A stretch of 64,000 nt of DNA, from contig CBDCOX010000002.1 in NCBI GenBank assembly GCA_965219995.1, positions 1,551,397-1,615,396 on the forward strand, read 5' to 3'. Below, one piece after another: positions 1 to 10,322 of the stretch. Positions within the stretch are counted from its first letter, which is position 1. Every line of letters begins with the position of its first letter. Made by a program: the position numbers and the translations under genes. The notes under the pieces were generated by a model. The model saw nothing but the letters and a program-made list of their open reading frames with translations, had not been told where the DNA came from and did not search any database. The DNA is from Candidatus Latescibacterota bacterium (GTDB lineage: Bacteria > Latescibacterota > UBA2968 > GCA-2709665).

Positions 1-88
1 GGAAGTGGACGTCGGGACGCAACTTCCCCTTCTCCCCGCTGAGCACGGGGTATTTCGCTATCAATTGATCGAACTGCGCAGGATCCAC
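1..88 (-). CDS. possible 5' end of a gene running off the left edge (partial)
   Basis: GTG at 86-88 (minus) opens frame VDPAQFDQLIAKYPVLSGEKGKLRPDVHF, still open at position 1; no family recognised. Confidence 0.2.
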   Translation of the reverse strand, partial: MDPAQFDQLIAKYPVLSGEKGKLRPDVHF

Positions 89-175
89 GTTCAATCTGGT
101 CCGTTTCCCGAGTCGAGTCCTGCCTCGCAGCGATGACAGTCGTTCAAGCCCGGTGGCGCGCGTCGCGGTTTCGTT

Positions 176-979
176 TCAGTCGAGTGGCTTTCCCCATGTT
201 ACTCTCGTTTGAAGATCGAAGCTGAGAATCCCGCGTTCGTCGGCGTATTCGAAGAGGACGTCCGATAGCCGGGCATCAAAAGCCGCAGCGTTGACCTCCC
301 CCATGTGTTCCACGGACATGCTCTCACGCGAGTGAAAGGAACCGACGTAGTCCCGAATCGACTGCAAAAAAGGAACGGGCGCGGTCAGTACATCCGCCAG
401 CCGCAGAAAGTGTCCGCGGTCCTCGAGCTCTTGAATCAAATCAATGTCTTCGTAATGCGGGTTCGTCGAATATTCGCGAATCAGCGAGAGCTCTGCTTCC
501 CGCCATGGCGGTTGGATGGGTCGATCGCCGTCGATAATGACAACGTGCCCGCCATCCGGCATCGCTTTCCTGAATCTCGGAAAGACGGTCTTCCACTCCA
601 TCCAGTGGATGCTTGCGCCCGCTGTCACGAGGGTGTAGGGCGGGTCCCATTCCACCTCCTCGACGCGTCCGTGAATCCATCTGAGGCGCGTATGTTCTCC
701 GTTGGGCAGCGACTTTCCCACACGAATCATGTCTTCCGAAAAGTCGATTGCATCCACGCCATCCGCGTAATCCACAAGCCTTCGAGCGATCTTGCCCGTA
801 CCGCAGCCGGCGTCCAGGACTCTGCCCGGCGCCCGCCCGAGCAAGTCTCTGAGTATTTTGAACACTTCTTCCGGATATGGAGGACGTAGCTCGTAGGCGT
901 CCGCAAGGCTCTTATGCTTGAACCGCGACGCATAATCATCCCAGTACTGACGCGGCCTCGTGGAGATGTCTGTGGCCAT
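176..979 (-). CDS. class I SAM-dependent methyltransferase
   Basis: 267-aa ORF; SAM motif I VLDAGCGTGKIARRL followed by acidic loop VDAIDFSEDMI. Confidence 0.85.
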   Translation of the reverse strand: MATDISTRPRQYWDDYASRFKHKSLADAYELRPPYPEEVFKILRDLLGRAPGRVLDAGCGTGKIARRLVDYADGVDAIDFSEDMIRVGKSLPNGEHTRLRWIHGRVEEVEWDPPYTLVTAGASIHWMEWKTVFPRFRKAMPDGGHVVIIDGDRPIQPPWREAELSLIREYSTNPHYEDIDLIQELEDRGHFLRLADVLTAPVPFLQSIRDYVGSFHSRESMSVEHMGEVNAAAFDARLSDVLFEYADERGILSFDLQTRVTWGKPLD

Positions 980-1043
980 CCTAATCAGCCCTATAACGTA
1001 GCGTGGCTATTTGGACCGGTCCACCTGTTGACGTCCGTGAAAT

Positions 1044-1757
1044 CTAACGGGTTTCCGTGATCGAATGGATCGCCGAAGGCAGGGAATACAGGTTGGAAAT
1101 TGTCTCGTCCGGGAATTCATCTGGCACGCGAGGTTCCAACGCCGCGTATCTGCCTTGCCGCATCCAAACGGTCCGAAGGCCAACCTGCTTCGAGGGAATG
1201 ATATCGTTGTCGAGGCGATCGCCGATCATAATCGCCTCCGAAGGCGCAAATCCCGCCCGGTCAAGTAATGTGCGGAAGAATCGCTCATCAGGCTTCTTGA
1301 TCCCGAGGCTGCCTGACACGTCCGTATGGCGAAACCATCGCAATACACCAAGATCGTCCAGGACGTCAACAATACTCGCGGGCGCGTTACCGGCCAGCGC
1401 GAGCGTGTATTCTCCGGCCAAGCGTTTGAGAACCACATCGGCCCCGGGATACAGCTGGCAACCGAGTGCCCGGATCTCCGGGTAGTGCGATCGCACTTCC
1501 CCGGTGATCTCGTTGAAGAGGCGCACATCAGACCCGGCGAAGTGCCACGTGATCGCGTGCATGGCGCTCGGAACGAACCGCGAAATCTTGTCGCTGTCCA
1601 ACTGTCTGTACTCTGCAATGGACAACTCAAAGCCGAAGTTGCCAAGCGTGGTTCGATGCACCTCCATCAACGCATCCTGTTGACCGGCAGCGTCGAGAAG
1701 GGTCTCTCCGATATCGAACAGCAGCACCGAAATCATGGGAGTCTCAGCTTGGTTCAT
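1044..1757 (-). CDS. HAD-superfamily hydrolase
   Basis: 237-aa ORF; HAD motif I LLFDIGETLLD near N-terminus, motif IV IGDRLDNDI near C-terminus. Confidence 0.8.
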   Translation of the reverse strand: MNQAETPMISVLLFDIGETLLDAAGQQDALMEVHRTTLGNFGFELSIAEYRQLDSDKISRFVPSAMHAITWHFAGSDVRLFNEITGEVRSHYPEIRALGCQLYPGADVVLKRLAGEYTLALAGNAPASIVDVLDDLGVLRWFRHTDVSGSLGIKKPDERFFRTLLDRAGFAPSEAIMIGDRLDNDIIPSKQVGLRTVWMRQGRYAALEPRVPDEFPDETISNLYSLPSAIHSITETR

Positions 1758-1802
1758 CCAATATACGGCGCGAAGTCATCCAACGTCGTCAGCTCTTGCA
1801 AG

Positions 1803-2777
1803 TCAACTCTCCCCGTATGACGTTAACACGGCGTCCCATGCGAGCTCGGAAGCGATGAATCCGATGTCGAATTCATCCAGGGTTTTCGTCTTGACTTCAT
1901 TTGTGGTGACGGCATACAGGATATCGCCGTCATATTGGGTGTGAAAGGGCTGAATCGCCTGCGACATGGAGCTATGCACCTGTTTCGCCAATTGATGGAA
2001 AGATCCCGAATCCAACTGACGGTTGGTGACGACCAACGTCAGGGTCGTGTTTTCGCGAGAAGGGATGCTCTTTTTCGATCTGCCAGATCTGCGTTCAACC
2101 CGATCGCGTATATGAACGCGGTTTCCTGTCTTGGGATCCCGATTCCCCCTGACGACCCGCCCCTGCCGATCGACAATCGCCCCGAGCGCATTCACAACGG
2201 TAAATACAGCAATTCTCGTACGTCCGATCTGTCGAAAGGCGGCGCCCTGTCCGGATGATTCCCGAACACCCAGCCCGGATCCGCCGCCCACGTTCGCCGA
2301 ACGACCTGCACCGCGCGCGCCGAGCGGAAAGGCGCCGGTTCGGCCTGCTCTCAGAGCGGCACGACCTAGTCTCATATCCGGATAGATGGCGTTGTTCCTC
2401 CCTCTCCAATCCCAGATAATAGCTCCCGACACAAGGGGAATATTCTCCCAGTTAATGGAATAATTCTGCATCGCGAGAAGCTCGGCGCGCACGCCGAGGG
2501 CTGCTTCAAGGCCGTAAAGCGAACCGCCGGCAAAGCAAATGGCGTGGGACCAGCCATAGCCCGTCTCGATTGCGCCAACGCTGCCTCCTCGAATATCCAC
2601 AGCCGTGGAAACCCCTTTCGGGAAGTGGAACACGGTACAACCGGTCGGACCCTCTTCATACTCAGCGATACCGACCTTCATCATCGGAAAGTTGAACTCG
2701 AGGGTTGGACCGTCAAAGTCGGTCTTTGGATTCAACTGCACGGTATCATGTGAGACCGGTTTTCTTCGCTTTGCCAT
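1803..2777 (-). CDS. DmpA/S58 (P1 family) aminopeptidase-like protein
   Basis: 324-aa ORF; EGPTGCTVFHFPKG, VDIRGGSVGAIETG and C-terminal YDGDILYAVTT resemble the DmpA/peptidase S58 family. Confidence 0.65.
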   Translation of the reverse strand: MAKRRKPVSHDTVQLNPKTDFDGPTLEFNFPMMKVGIAEYEEGPTGCTVFHFPKGVSTAVDIRGGSVGAIETGYGWSHAICFAGGSLYGLEAALGVRAELLAMQNYSINWENIPLVSGAIIWDWRGRNNAIYPDMRLGRAALRAGRTGAFPLGARGAGRSANVGGGSGLGVRESSGQGAAFRQIGRTRIAVFTVVNALGAIVDRQGRVVRGNRDPKTGNRVHIRDRVERRSGRSKKSIPSRENTTLTLVVTNRQLDSGSFHQLAKQVHSSMSQAIQPFHTQYDGDILYAVTTNEVKTKTLDEFDIGFIASELAWDAVLTSYGES

Positions 2778-2780
2778 TGC

Positions 2781-4124
2781 TCAATCCTGCTTGGAATCGC
2801 CTTTCGCCAGGCTGGCGCAGACAAGCTCCTCATCGTTGCGGACGAAAACGTGTTTATAAGCGAACGCGGGGTGCGCCCATGTGACGCCGCCTCGACGATT
2901 CAACTGATCGCGCGTCGGTTCGATCAGTTTCGCGCGACTGATGACATTCAGTCCGTCCGGTGAAAGGGTCGTAATCAGGAGTTCGCCGCGCTCATTGAAC
3001 ATCCAGACCCTGTCGCCGTTCCTGATGAAATGGATATTGCTCCAGCGGGCTTTGGGTACCGCTGTCAGGTCTTCCCAGATCCGTTCGCCGTTGCGGGCAT
3101 CCAGGCAGCGGAGTTCTCCGTAACTGTCCACCCCGTAGATGTAATCACCAAGTCGGACCGGAGTCGACATCGTGGAATGCAAGGCATCCGTGTTCCGCTC
3201 GTCCTTGCCCTTACGGTGCCACCCGAATTGCATCTCCGGCTTATCCGGATTCACCTTCAGCAGCAACGATCCATCGAAGAAATCCGTAAAAAACAACTCG
3301 TTGCGATAAAAAACCGGGGATGCGATGCCGATCTCCATGCGTTTCGGCGGAAAAGGATGGCGCCAGTACACGCCGCCGGTCGCCGGGTTGAGTCCGACGA
3401 TACTCTCGGCCGTCCGACAGACCAGGACGCGCTTATTGCCCTGCGTAATCGCAATCGGCGCCGAGTACGATGCCTTGTCGTCCAGTGCCTTCCATTTCTC
3501 GACGCCGGTTTCGCGGTCGAATGCGACGATGCAGGCGCCCGGCGTTCCGCCGGCCTGGACGATGACGTTTGAACCTTCAACGATCGGCGCGCTTGCAATG
3601 CCCCAGGTCGGCATCGCGATATTGTATTCGGAGTTCAGGTCTCTCTTCCACTTCAATGCGCCTGTGGCCGCGTCGAAGCAGTGGAGGTGGCCCATCGCGC
3701 CAAGGGCGTACGCCAGGCCGTTGTGAACGGTTACCGTCGCGCGGGGTCCCGCGACATAGTTGATCCGGTACTCGCAGTCGTACGTGTAGGACCAGATCAG
3801 TTCTCCCGTTTCCCACGCAAAACAGTGGACCCGTTCGACCTGTTTCGGTTTCGGGAGACGGTCCGTCACGTAGACGCGCCCGTTGACGACGCTCGGGCCG
3901 CTATAGCCGCTGCCGATCGGTACTCGCCAGCGGACCGGGATCTCCGGACCGTCGAACACATCGATGATCCCGGCCTCTCGCCAGACACCGTCCCTGGCCG
4001 GTCCCCGCCACTGCGGCCATTCGTCGGCCGCAATCGAAGAGATGGGGATCAATACTGCCAACAACAACACCGCAATTCTCAATTGAACCACTCTCCTGCT
4101 TCGTCCTGTCTTCTGGTCTGACAC
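2781..4124 (-). CDS. secreted PQQ-like (BamB-like) beta-propeller repeat protein
   Basis: 447-aa ORF; hydrophobic N-terminal signal-like segment, WPQWRGPARDG motif, repeated G.VY..dG.L.C.D..TG...W blades; 3-nt gap to the peptidase gene. Confidence 0.8.
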   Translation of the reverse strand: MSDQKTGRSRRVVQLRIAVLLLAVLIPISSIAADEWPQWRGPARDGVWREAGIIDVFDGPEIPVRWRVPIGSGYSGPSVVNGRVYVTDRLPKPKQVERVHCFAWETGELIWSYTYDCEYRINYVAGPRATVTVHNGLAYALGAMGHLHCFDAATGALKWKRDLNSEYNIAMPTWGIASAPIVEGSNVIVQAGGTPGACIVAFDRETGVEKWKALDDKASYSAPIAITQGNKRVLVCRTAESIVGLNPATGGVYWRHPFPPKRMEIGIASPVFYRNELFFTDFFDGSLLLKVNPDKPEMQFGWHRKGKDERNTDALHSTMSTPVRLGDYIYGVDSYGELRCLDARNGERIWEDLTAVPKARWSNIHFIRNGDRVWMFNERGELLITTLSPDGLNVISRAKLIEPTRDQLNRRGGVTWAHPAFAYKHVFVRNDEELVCASLAKGDSKQD

Positions 4125-4283
4125 ATAAATCTCCTTGAGTTATCGACGCTTCCAGCGTTTGCGGCCGCCGCGAGCCTGACGGGCACGAGCGGCACGAGCG
4201 GCGTCGCAGACCTCGTCCTTCGCGCTCGATTACAAGCCGCCGATTCCGCCGTGAAACCGAATCGTCTTTGACGGCGAGATCCG

Positions 4284-4332
4284 GTAACGAGACCCAGCCC
4301 GATCATCACAACCTGCTATCGGGTCTCGTTAC
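4284..4332 (-). terminator. 12-bp perfect hairpin overlapping the stop codon of the VOC gene (terminator-like or minimal attC-like)
   Basis: GTAACGAGACCC (4284-4295) pairs perfectly with GGGTCTCGTTAC (4321-4332), 25-nt loop; TAA of 4329..4763 lies in the stem; no clear U-tract. Confidence 0.35.
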
Positions 4333-4763
4333 AGTCTCTGACCAATGTCGATTCGGTTGCCATCGGGATCTGCGATGACGAAATCCCGAAGACCGTATTC
4401 CTGATCGCGAAGACCCTTGATAATCCGTACTCCCGACTTGCACAGGTGATCATAGAGGGCGCTTGCATCGCTCACGATGAGGTGCGCGACATTGTGCGTC
4501 GTGGGCTTCGGATCGCGCGACAACGACAGGTGCAGTTCAGCCCGGTCCTTTTTCAGGATCACGAAGCCAACCGGATTCCCGTTCTCGAACGTCTTGCGCA
4601 TTCCCAATATGGAAGTGTAGAATGCGACGGATTTCTCAATATCACTGACTCGAATCCCGGGCGCCATGCGCCCGAACTCAACTGAATCGGGGAAATTCGA
4701 TGAATCGCCCATGAACTCTGCCTCCTTCAATGGCCACACGCCCGGAACCAAGGCAATGCTCAA
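4329..4763 (-). CDS. VOC (glyoxalase/bleomycin-resistance/dioxygenase) family protein
   Basis: 144-aa ORF; VOC pattern VSDIEKSVAFYTSILGM ... ADPDGNRIDI. Confidence 0.75.
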   Translation of the reverse strand: MSIALVPGVWPLKEAEFMGDSSNFPDSVEFGRMAPGIRVSDIEKSVAFYTSILGMRKTFENGNPVGFVILKKDRAELHLSLSRDPKPTTHNVAHLIVSDASALYDHLCKSGVRIIKGLRDQEYGLRDFVIADPDGNRIDIGQRL

Positions 4764-4861
4764 TGCAGGACAATGGCCGGCTATAGGAAGCCGAGGCGGT
4801 GCTCGGATCGATGATCGGGCTGAGTGCTACGTCGTCAGACGGCAAATCAATCGCCCCGGTC

Positions 4862-5980
4862 TCAGAGCGCTGCGGTCGTCTCATTCAACGACCGGAGCAG
4901 CCTTCTTACTTCGGATCCATATGAAGGTCCGCCGTTTCCGATGGCCTTTCGCGCGGTCAGAGTCCAAATGAGTTCCTGCAGGCTGTAAAGGAGATGGACC
5001 GATTCCCACGACGGACCGTCAAGTCCCCTCGTGTGCAGGTACTCGCCCCAAAGAGCCTCTCTGAACGCCGAAAAATCGCTTCGGTATCGCCAAAGCTCCC
5101 CTCCCCACTCACCGAAGTTGAACTCGAGGACCGGATTTCCGATCCCGGCGTTTCCCCAATCCAGGATTCCGGTGACTTCCAGGTCCACGTCTGATCGGAC
5201 CAGAATCTGGTCCTCGTGGATATCCCCGTGAAGTACCACGTCCTCCATCGCGGCGAGCGCTCCAAGTGCCCGCTGCCATTTTTCGTAACTCGCTGCGGAA
5301 TTCAACGCTCCGAATTCCTCCGTGCTGTCCTCGGCAGCCAATTCCCGGATCGACGAAGCAACTGAATCCGGTGCGATTCCCAGGGTACCCGATTTGAGCG
5401 CTCCGTACAGCCATCGATACGAGTCGCCATGATCGCCGTCGACGTCGTGAGACTGTGGTTTCAGGAAGGCAGTTTCGGGACCCAATGGCAGGTTGTGCCA
5501 GATTCCGGCGAGCCGTCCGACGGCGCAGATCACATTTCCATAGTCGGTCGTACTGCACGCATGTTCGATACTGCCAAGCAGCACCCCTTGCAGACGCGTG
5601 ACAACGCCGAACCTGTACGAGCTCATCTCGCGGTTTTCGACCCATTCGACAAGCCTGGGAACCGGCAATCCGTTCAGTCTGTTCAACAGGTCATATACTG
5701 CAAGCTCTAGATCCAGCGAACACTGGTACCTGGGATGCCTTGGAAACAGAAACGCATGATCCCGGGACTTGATCACGTGCTTGGACCATCCGGTAAAGTC
5801 GGCTTCAAGCTCACCAGGTTTCAGCCCGAACGCTTCACAGAAACGATCGAGTTGAGGCCTGATCAATATGGCTTCGAGTGCATTAGAGTCTGCCACGATG
5901 CGGTGATCCCCGTACGTACGCCGATTGCTGATTCTGCGGGACGTCCGCGGTCCAGCAGATCCAGTCGGTGAATGCGCCAC
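4862..5980 (-). CDS. APH-like phosphotransferase (aminoglycoside/choline kinase fold)
   Basis: 372-aa ORF; catalytic loop VVLHGDIHEDQILV and metal-binding ILDWGNAGIGNP. Confidence 0.75.
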   Translation of the reverse strand: MAHSPTGSAGPRTSRRISNRRTYGDHRIVADSNALEAILIRPQLDRFCEAFGLKPGELEADFTGWSKHVIKSRDHAFLFPRHPRYQCSLDLELAVYDLLNRLNGLPVPRLVEWVENREMSSYRFGVVTRLQGVLLGSIEHACSTTDYGNVICAVGRLAGIWHNLPLGPETAFLKPQSHDVDGDHGDSYRWLYGALKSGTLGIAPDSVASSIRELAAEDSTEEFGALNSAASYEKWQRALGALAAMEDVVLHGDIHEDQILVRSDVDLEVTGILDWGNAGIGNPVLEFNFGEWGGELWRYRSDFSAFREALWGEYLHTRGLDGPSWESVHLLYSLQELIWTLTARKAIGNGGPSYGSEVRRLLRSLNETTAAL

Positions 5981-6004
5981 GGTTTGACTCGTTTGGAGGG
6001 CATA

Positions 6005-6376
6005 TCAGATCTGAGTATCTGCATAGAAGTTGACGATGTTGCCATCCGGATCGCGGAACCACACGGACCGACGCCCCCAAGGCTGGGTTGTCGGCGGTTT
6101 GACAAACTTGACATTCATGGCCTGCAGACGTACGAACTCCCGGTCGACGTCGTCTACTTCAAATTCGACCGTATAGCTGCCGGTACCAGCACCGTTCAGG
6201 CATCCGGGCGCCATCTTCTCCGTGCGTTCCGAGGAGTAGATGGACAGAACCGCACCCTCCGTCGGGATGATCTCGAAGATATTCGCCTCTTCAGGCTCGA
6301 GTTCCAGGATTTCCCTGTAGAACGCGCAGAGACGAGGCACGTTTTCTGTTACAATACAAATGCCAGTGAACCGCAT
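6005..6376 (-). CDS. VOC family protein
   Basis: 123-aa ORF; FYREILELE ... FRDPDGNIVNF. Confidence 0.75.
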   Translation of the reverse strand: MRFTGICIVTENVPRLCAFYREILELEPEEANIFEIIPTEGAVLSIYSSERTEKMAPGCLNGAGTGSYTVEFEVDDVDREFVRLQAMNVKFVKPPTTQPWGRRSVWFRDPDGNIVNFYADTQI

Positions 6377-6460
6377 GGTGACCCTCAGTGAGTCTTCGTG
6401 GGATTATCACTCGCACGGAGCCGCCGTCGCACATGCCCCCGAATAGAAAGAACTCGATTG

Positions 6461-7273
6461 TTACGCCTCGAGCAACGGTCCCCAATCGGCGGCGAAGTCA
6501 TTGGAAGGACCGTTGGAGAGATTGACCAGGTTCCCACCGTCAACATCGATCCGGTAAATCTGCTGCCGGCCGTCTTCGTGGCCTGTAAAAACGATCTGTC
6601 GGCCGGTCGGAGACCATGAGAGTTCTGCTACGCCCGTTACCTGGTCAGTGAGGCGTTCGGGATCCGATCCGTCGGCTTTCATAACGTAGACCTGCCTGAC
6701 ACCGTCACGGTCAGAGTTGAAGGCAATCCACTTTCCGTCCGGCGACCAGACAGGGTCTCCGTCATCGCCCTCCGAAACGTGCAGGCGTCGCTGCCCGCTT
6801 CCGTCCCCGTTCATCACGTAGATCTGCGAGCGTCCGTCACGGTCGGACGTGAAGGCGATCCGGGAGCCGTCGGGAGAAAAGGTCGATTCCAGTTCGCACG
6901 CCGGATGATTTGTCAGGTTTCTCTGGTTGGAACCATCGCGGTTCATCGCGTAGATTTCGACGTTGTCGTCTCGATCGGTGGTAAAGATGATCGTCTCCCC
7001 GTCCGGCGACCAGTGCGGCCGGAGATCCGGCGCCGTATTCCGGGTCAATCGCACGGGCCGGCTCCCGTCCGCGTCAATCAGGTAGATTTCCCCTTTCCCG
7101 TAACGTCTGTCGCAGTAAGCGATGCGCGTGCCGTCGGGCGACCATCGCGGATGGTCTTCCTCCCAATCCTCGGTACGGGTGATATTCGTCTGATTGCTTC
7201 CGTCCTCGTCCATGACGAAGAGATCGAACGTACCATCCCGATCGCTGACAAACGTGATCTTCGAAGAATTCAT
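6461..7273 (-). CDS. TolB-like PD40 beta-propeller repeat protein
   Basis: Repeated SPDG..IAF.SDRDG..QIYVMN.DGS..RLT units; track ORF runs to 7441 through a repeat element, first plausible ATG is 7273; no signal peptide seen. Confidence 0.75.
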   Translation of the reverse strand: MNSSKITFVSDRDGTFDLFVMDEDGSNQTNITRTEDWEEDHPRWSPDGTRIAYCDRRYGKGEIYLIDADGSRPVRLTRNTAPDLRPHWSPDGETIIFTTDRDDNVEIYAMNRDGSNQRNLTNHPACELESTFSPDGSRIAFTSDRDGRSQIYVMNGDGSGQRRLHVSEGDDGDPVWSPDGKWIAFNSDRDGVRQVYVMKADGSDPERLTDQVTGVAELSWSPTGRQIVFTGHEDGRQQIYRIDVDGGNLVNLSNGPSNDFAADWGPLLEA

Positions 7274-7486
7274 GACGGCGCCCACGTCGACTGGTCGGGT
7301 TTTGGATTCAAGCTGATTGGTGAACGCTGATCGCTGCTCTTGCTCCGCTTCCTCCCCTCTCCCCTTGGGAGATGGGGCTGGGGCGTGAGGGTCACCACTT
7401 CGCAACAGACGCATCCAATGCCGAATCGAGACATGATGCAATAGGAAAGTGATATGAATTTTCGCAACATAAGAATCTATGATGGA

Positions 7487-7716
7487 TTATTCGCGAAAAC
7501 CCTGGTTTTGATGTATAACGGGTTGTTTTTCAATAGATTCTGCGAAATATCACGCGTCAGCATTTCATGAATTACGAAATTGATTGGTCAGGGAGATGTT
7601 TTGTAGCCCACCGAGGTAAAGATCCATCGGTTTGGCCCGGAATAGTGAGCATTTGTCCTGCTCTTGGTCTTTATCCTGTTCATCCTGTCCATCCATGTAA
7701 GTTCATGTTTAGTGAA
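7487..7716. repeat. family C composite intergenic repeat, copy 1
   Basis: Left motif ATTATTCGCGAAAACC..TGTATAACGGGTTGTTTTTCAATAG. Right end TTATCCTGT TCATCCTGT CCATCCATG TAAGTT..GTGAATTAT abuts the stop codon of 7717..8406. Shared with 16553-16765 and 17751-17994. Confidence 0.7.
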
Positions 7717-8406
7717 TTATTCAGGCTCTATGTCATGTTTCCTCAGGACGAGAAGCTCATCTTCCTGGGCCGCCTCCAGGGTAAAATTGAACCGGTCCGC
7801 GTCCAGACACATATCGACGTCTCGTGGATTTATGCCCGGGTAGTCCTCTGCCGCTGCCTGACGAATATCGTCTGCAGCCCCGGACTCGGTGGCTCTCCGG
7901 ATATACGGGGCTGGATCGGTCTGCGGGTCCCGAATGAGCGCATCGATGTACTGGGCGCACGCCAGGTCCTCTTCAGCCGCCCCGTCCTCGCCTGTCACGA
8001 CGTAGGTCAACTCCTTCGGCGCCAGTTCGCGCAATCTGCGAGCGACAGAAGATGCGCAGACGAAACCCGTGCAGATCAGCGGCTTGCAGTGGCGCACGGC
8101 AACGGCGCCGATTGTGCCGGCCGTTGTCCGTTGCACGATGGTTTTCCCGCGAATGTCCGCTTCCCGCAAGTCCGCGGGTGAATTGTACAGATCGAATCCC
8201 TTTGCAGGCGCGCCGTCCTTCAACGCCAGGGATCCAGGAATCCGCGCCTTGATTTCAAGAGCTTCCTTGAGGTCGTCAATCAGAATCATCCTCGACGCGC
8301 CAATGTGCAAGGCCCATGCAGCAACGGTATACGCTCGCATCACGTCGATAACAACTGCTGCGCCGGAGACCGAGTCACACTCACCGATTCCTAAAAACCT
8401 TGCCAT
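7717..8406 (-). CDS. 2-phosphosulfolactate phosphatase (ComB) family protein
   Basis: 229-aa ORF; N-terminal AAVVIDVMRAYTVAAWAL resembles the ComB family signature; family-level call only. Confidence 0.5.
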   Translation of the reverse strand: MARFLGIGECDSVSGAAVVIDVMRAYTVAAWALHIGASRMILIDDLKEALEIKARIPGSLALKDGAPAKGFDLYNSPADLREADIRGKTIVQRTTAGTIGAVAVRHCKPLICTGFVCASSVARRLRELAPKELTYVVTGEDGAAEEDLACAQYIDALIRDPQTDPAPYIRRATESGAADDIRQAAAEDYPGINPRDVDMCLDADRFNFTLEAAQEDELLVLRKHDIEPE

Positions 8407-8418
8407 GAAATAGTCCCT

Positions 8419-9225
8419 TCAATGAACGCGTTCCGGATATGGATTCTCGGGAAGTCTAACTCCCCCTACCCAGGCTACATGGTGTGTGGTCTCGATTTCA
8501 CCGGATGATGTCGTGTTGCGTTCAGCGAACAGCTTCAGGCGAGGGTCATCATAGCGGGGAAGGGATCCCCCGCCCCAGGCCCAGATGGAACACTGGAACT
8601 GAAGCCAATCGTAGATATCCGGATAGATCCTTTTCTCAATGACGTCGGCTGCGAAACGAATCCCTACACCGCTCCTTTCCATTGAGACGCGCATCTGGTC
8701 CTGAACAGTTATCGTCTGGGATAGCCGTGTACTATTCCCGAAGATTTCCTTCACCTCCTGATGGTGCAACTCCCCAATCAGTTCAAAGAAGATCAGACCT
8801 TCCGGCTTCAGGACACGCAGTGCGGCCTGAACACCATAGATGTCGTACCCGATGGGCGCGCGTTCGGAGTAGACGAAGTCGAACGATTCCGGCGCCAGGG
8901 AGTCGCTCTCTGCAAGGAAATCGAGACGCCTGAATTCAACGTTCTGCGCATCACTCTTTCTCAGGGCGTTCTCGGCCAGTTCTAAGTGTCTGGGGTCGTT
9001 TTCGACACCGAGAGCCGAGTCAAAGCGAACGGCATTCTGCAGTAGCATTCCGCCGTTCCCGCACCCGATGTCCAGGACTCGCATCTGAGGGCGGAACTGA
9101 GACGCAATGATCTCCGTTGCCCGAGGCGCGATGTTTCCATCGGTCCGGTATTTCGCCGGTCGCGATCCGTAGTAGGAGTGTTCCTCATTCAGAATCGACT
9201 TCAGGCGATTCTGGTCAAGTTCCAC
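8419..9225 (-). CDS. class I SAM-dependent methyltransferase
   Basis: 268-aa ORF; motif I RVLDIGCGNGGMLL; 12-nt gap to the upstream gene. Confidence 0.8.
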   Translation of the reverse strand: MELDQNRLKSILNEEHSYYGSRPAKYRTDGNIAPRATEIIASQFRPQMRVLDIGCGNGGMLLQNAVRFDSALGVENDPRHLELAENALRKSDAQNVEFRRLDFLAESDSLAPESFDFVYSERAPIGYDIYGVQAALRVLKPEGLIFFELIGELHHQEVKEIFGNSTRLSQTITVQDQMRVSMERSGVGIRFAADVIEKRIYPDIYDWLQFQCSIWAWGGGSLPRYDDPRLKLFAERNTTSSGEIETTHHVAWVGGVRLPENPYPERVH

Positions 9226-9312
9226 AGATTGAATCTCCGTTCGGATAGAGCTGAACTGAAGTGGGGAGACGCGCCAAGGCTTCGAGCCGCAGGCTACATC
9301 AAAAATACCTGA

Positions 9313-9975
9313 TTACGGCCGCGCACCTCTCACGGCAAAGAAAAACGGATGGACCTCTTCCGCAGTATCGGCACCTTTAAGCCCGGCGCCCACGACACCT
9401 TCCTGTTCAATCTCAAACCCGGTTTCAGCGAGAATCTTCCTGTACGTTCCGGGCCCAAAGTTGCTCCAATACATGGTTTCGCCGAAGAAGTCATCCTCCG
9501 TGTATCCGGGCCCGTCATCTTTCGGTGCGACCGTAAACAGAAGGAGTCCACCCGGCCTGATCCACCGCGCGAACCGCCGAAAGAGTTCCCGATGCTCCTG
9601 TCTCGGAATATGGAAGATCGCGTAGTAGCTGACAATTGCGTCAAAGCTGCCTTCGGGGAATTCGGTCTCCGTAACGTCAGCGTGGATGAACCTGGCGGTA
9701 GAGACGTTTTCCCTGGCCATGGCTATCATGCTCGAGGAGATGTCGATCCCCGTAACTGAAAAATTATCAGCAAGTTCCTTCACAAAGGGGATACCTGACC
9801 CACAGCCGACGTCAAGAATCCTTGAACCCGGTTCCAGGCGCCCCGCGATCAGGTTGATCTCCGCCCAGGGCCTGGCACTTCGTTGGCTCGCATATTCCGA
9901 CGCGCATCGGTCGTAGGCCGCTCTGACAAACGCTCGATAATCGGCCTCTGGATCGTTTGCAATCTTGAAAGACAT
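9313..9975 (-). CDS. class I SAM-dependent methyltransferase
   Basis: 220-aa ORF; motif I RILDVGCGSGIPF, motif II VTGIDISSSMI, FDAIVSYYAIFH. Confidence 0.85.
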   Translation of the reverse strand: MSFKIANDPEADYRAFVRAAYDRCASEYASQRSARPWAEINLIAGRLEPGSRILDVGCGSGIPFVKELADNFSVTGIDISSSMIAMARENVSTARFIHADVTETEFPEGSFDAIVSYYAIFHIPRQEHRELFRRFARWIRPGGLLLFTVAPKDDGPGYTEDDFFGETMYWSNFGPGTYRKILAETGFEIEQEGVVGAGLKGADTAEEVHPFFFAVRGARP

Positions 9976-9994
9976 TTCTCTTCACCCGATTCTA

Positions 9995-10201
9995 GTGTTT
10001 CGTCCCAAAAATTCCTCACCATTCGACCGGCAATTCATCCCGTCTATTGACGTTGCTTGCGCTGAGCTTGTCGAAGTGCCCTCGCTCGCCGACTATACGC
10101 ATGTCGCCTGCACTCAGGCGCTGGGTCCTGAGCCTGTCGAAGGATGCGAGACGGGCGACTCGGCGGTCGAATTTAGGCAACTTATTTCCGGGACAGAACA
10201 C
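9995..10201. mobile_element. MITE-1 copy (207 nt) with terminal inverted repeats
   Basis: Ends GTGTTTCGTCCCAAAAATTCC and GGCAACTTATTTCCGGGACAGAACAC; co-linear with the 162-nt insert in higB at 63390-63551; no coding capacity. Confidence 0.75.
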
Positions 10202-10322
10202 CAGGAATTCGCTTCGAAAGCAGTTATTCGGCCTTTCCCGGGAGGAAACTCGCCATCTGGCATATTGATATCCAGGCGATATTGTGACCGTCGCAATCAC
10301 GGTTCCGGGACAGCAGTGATCA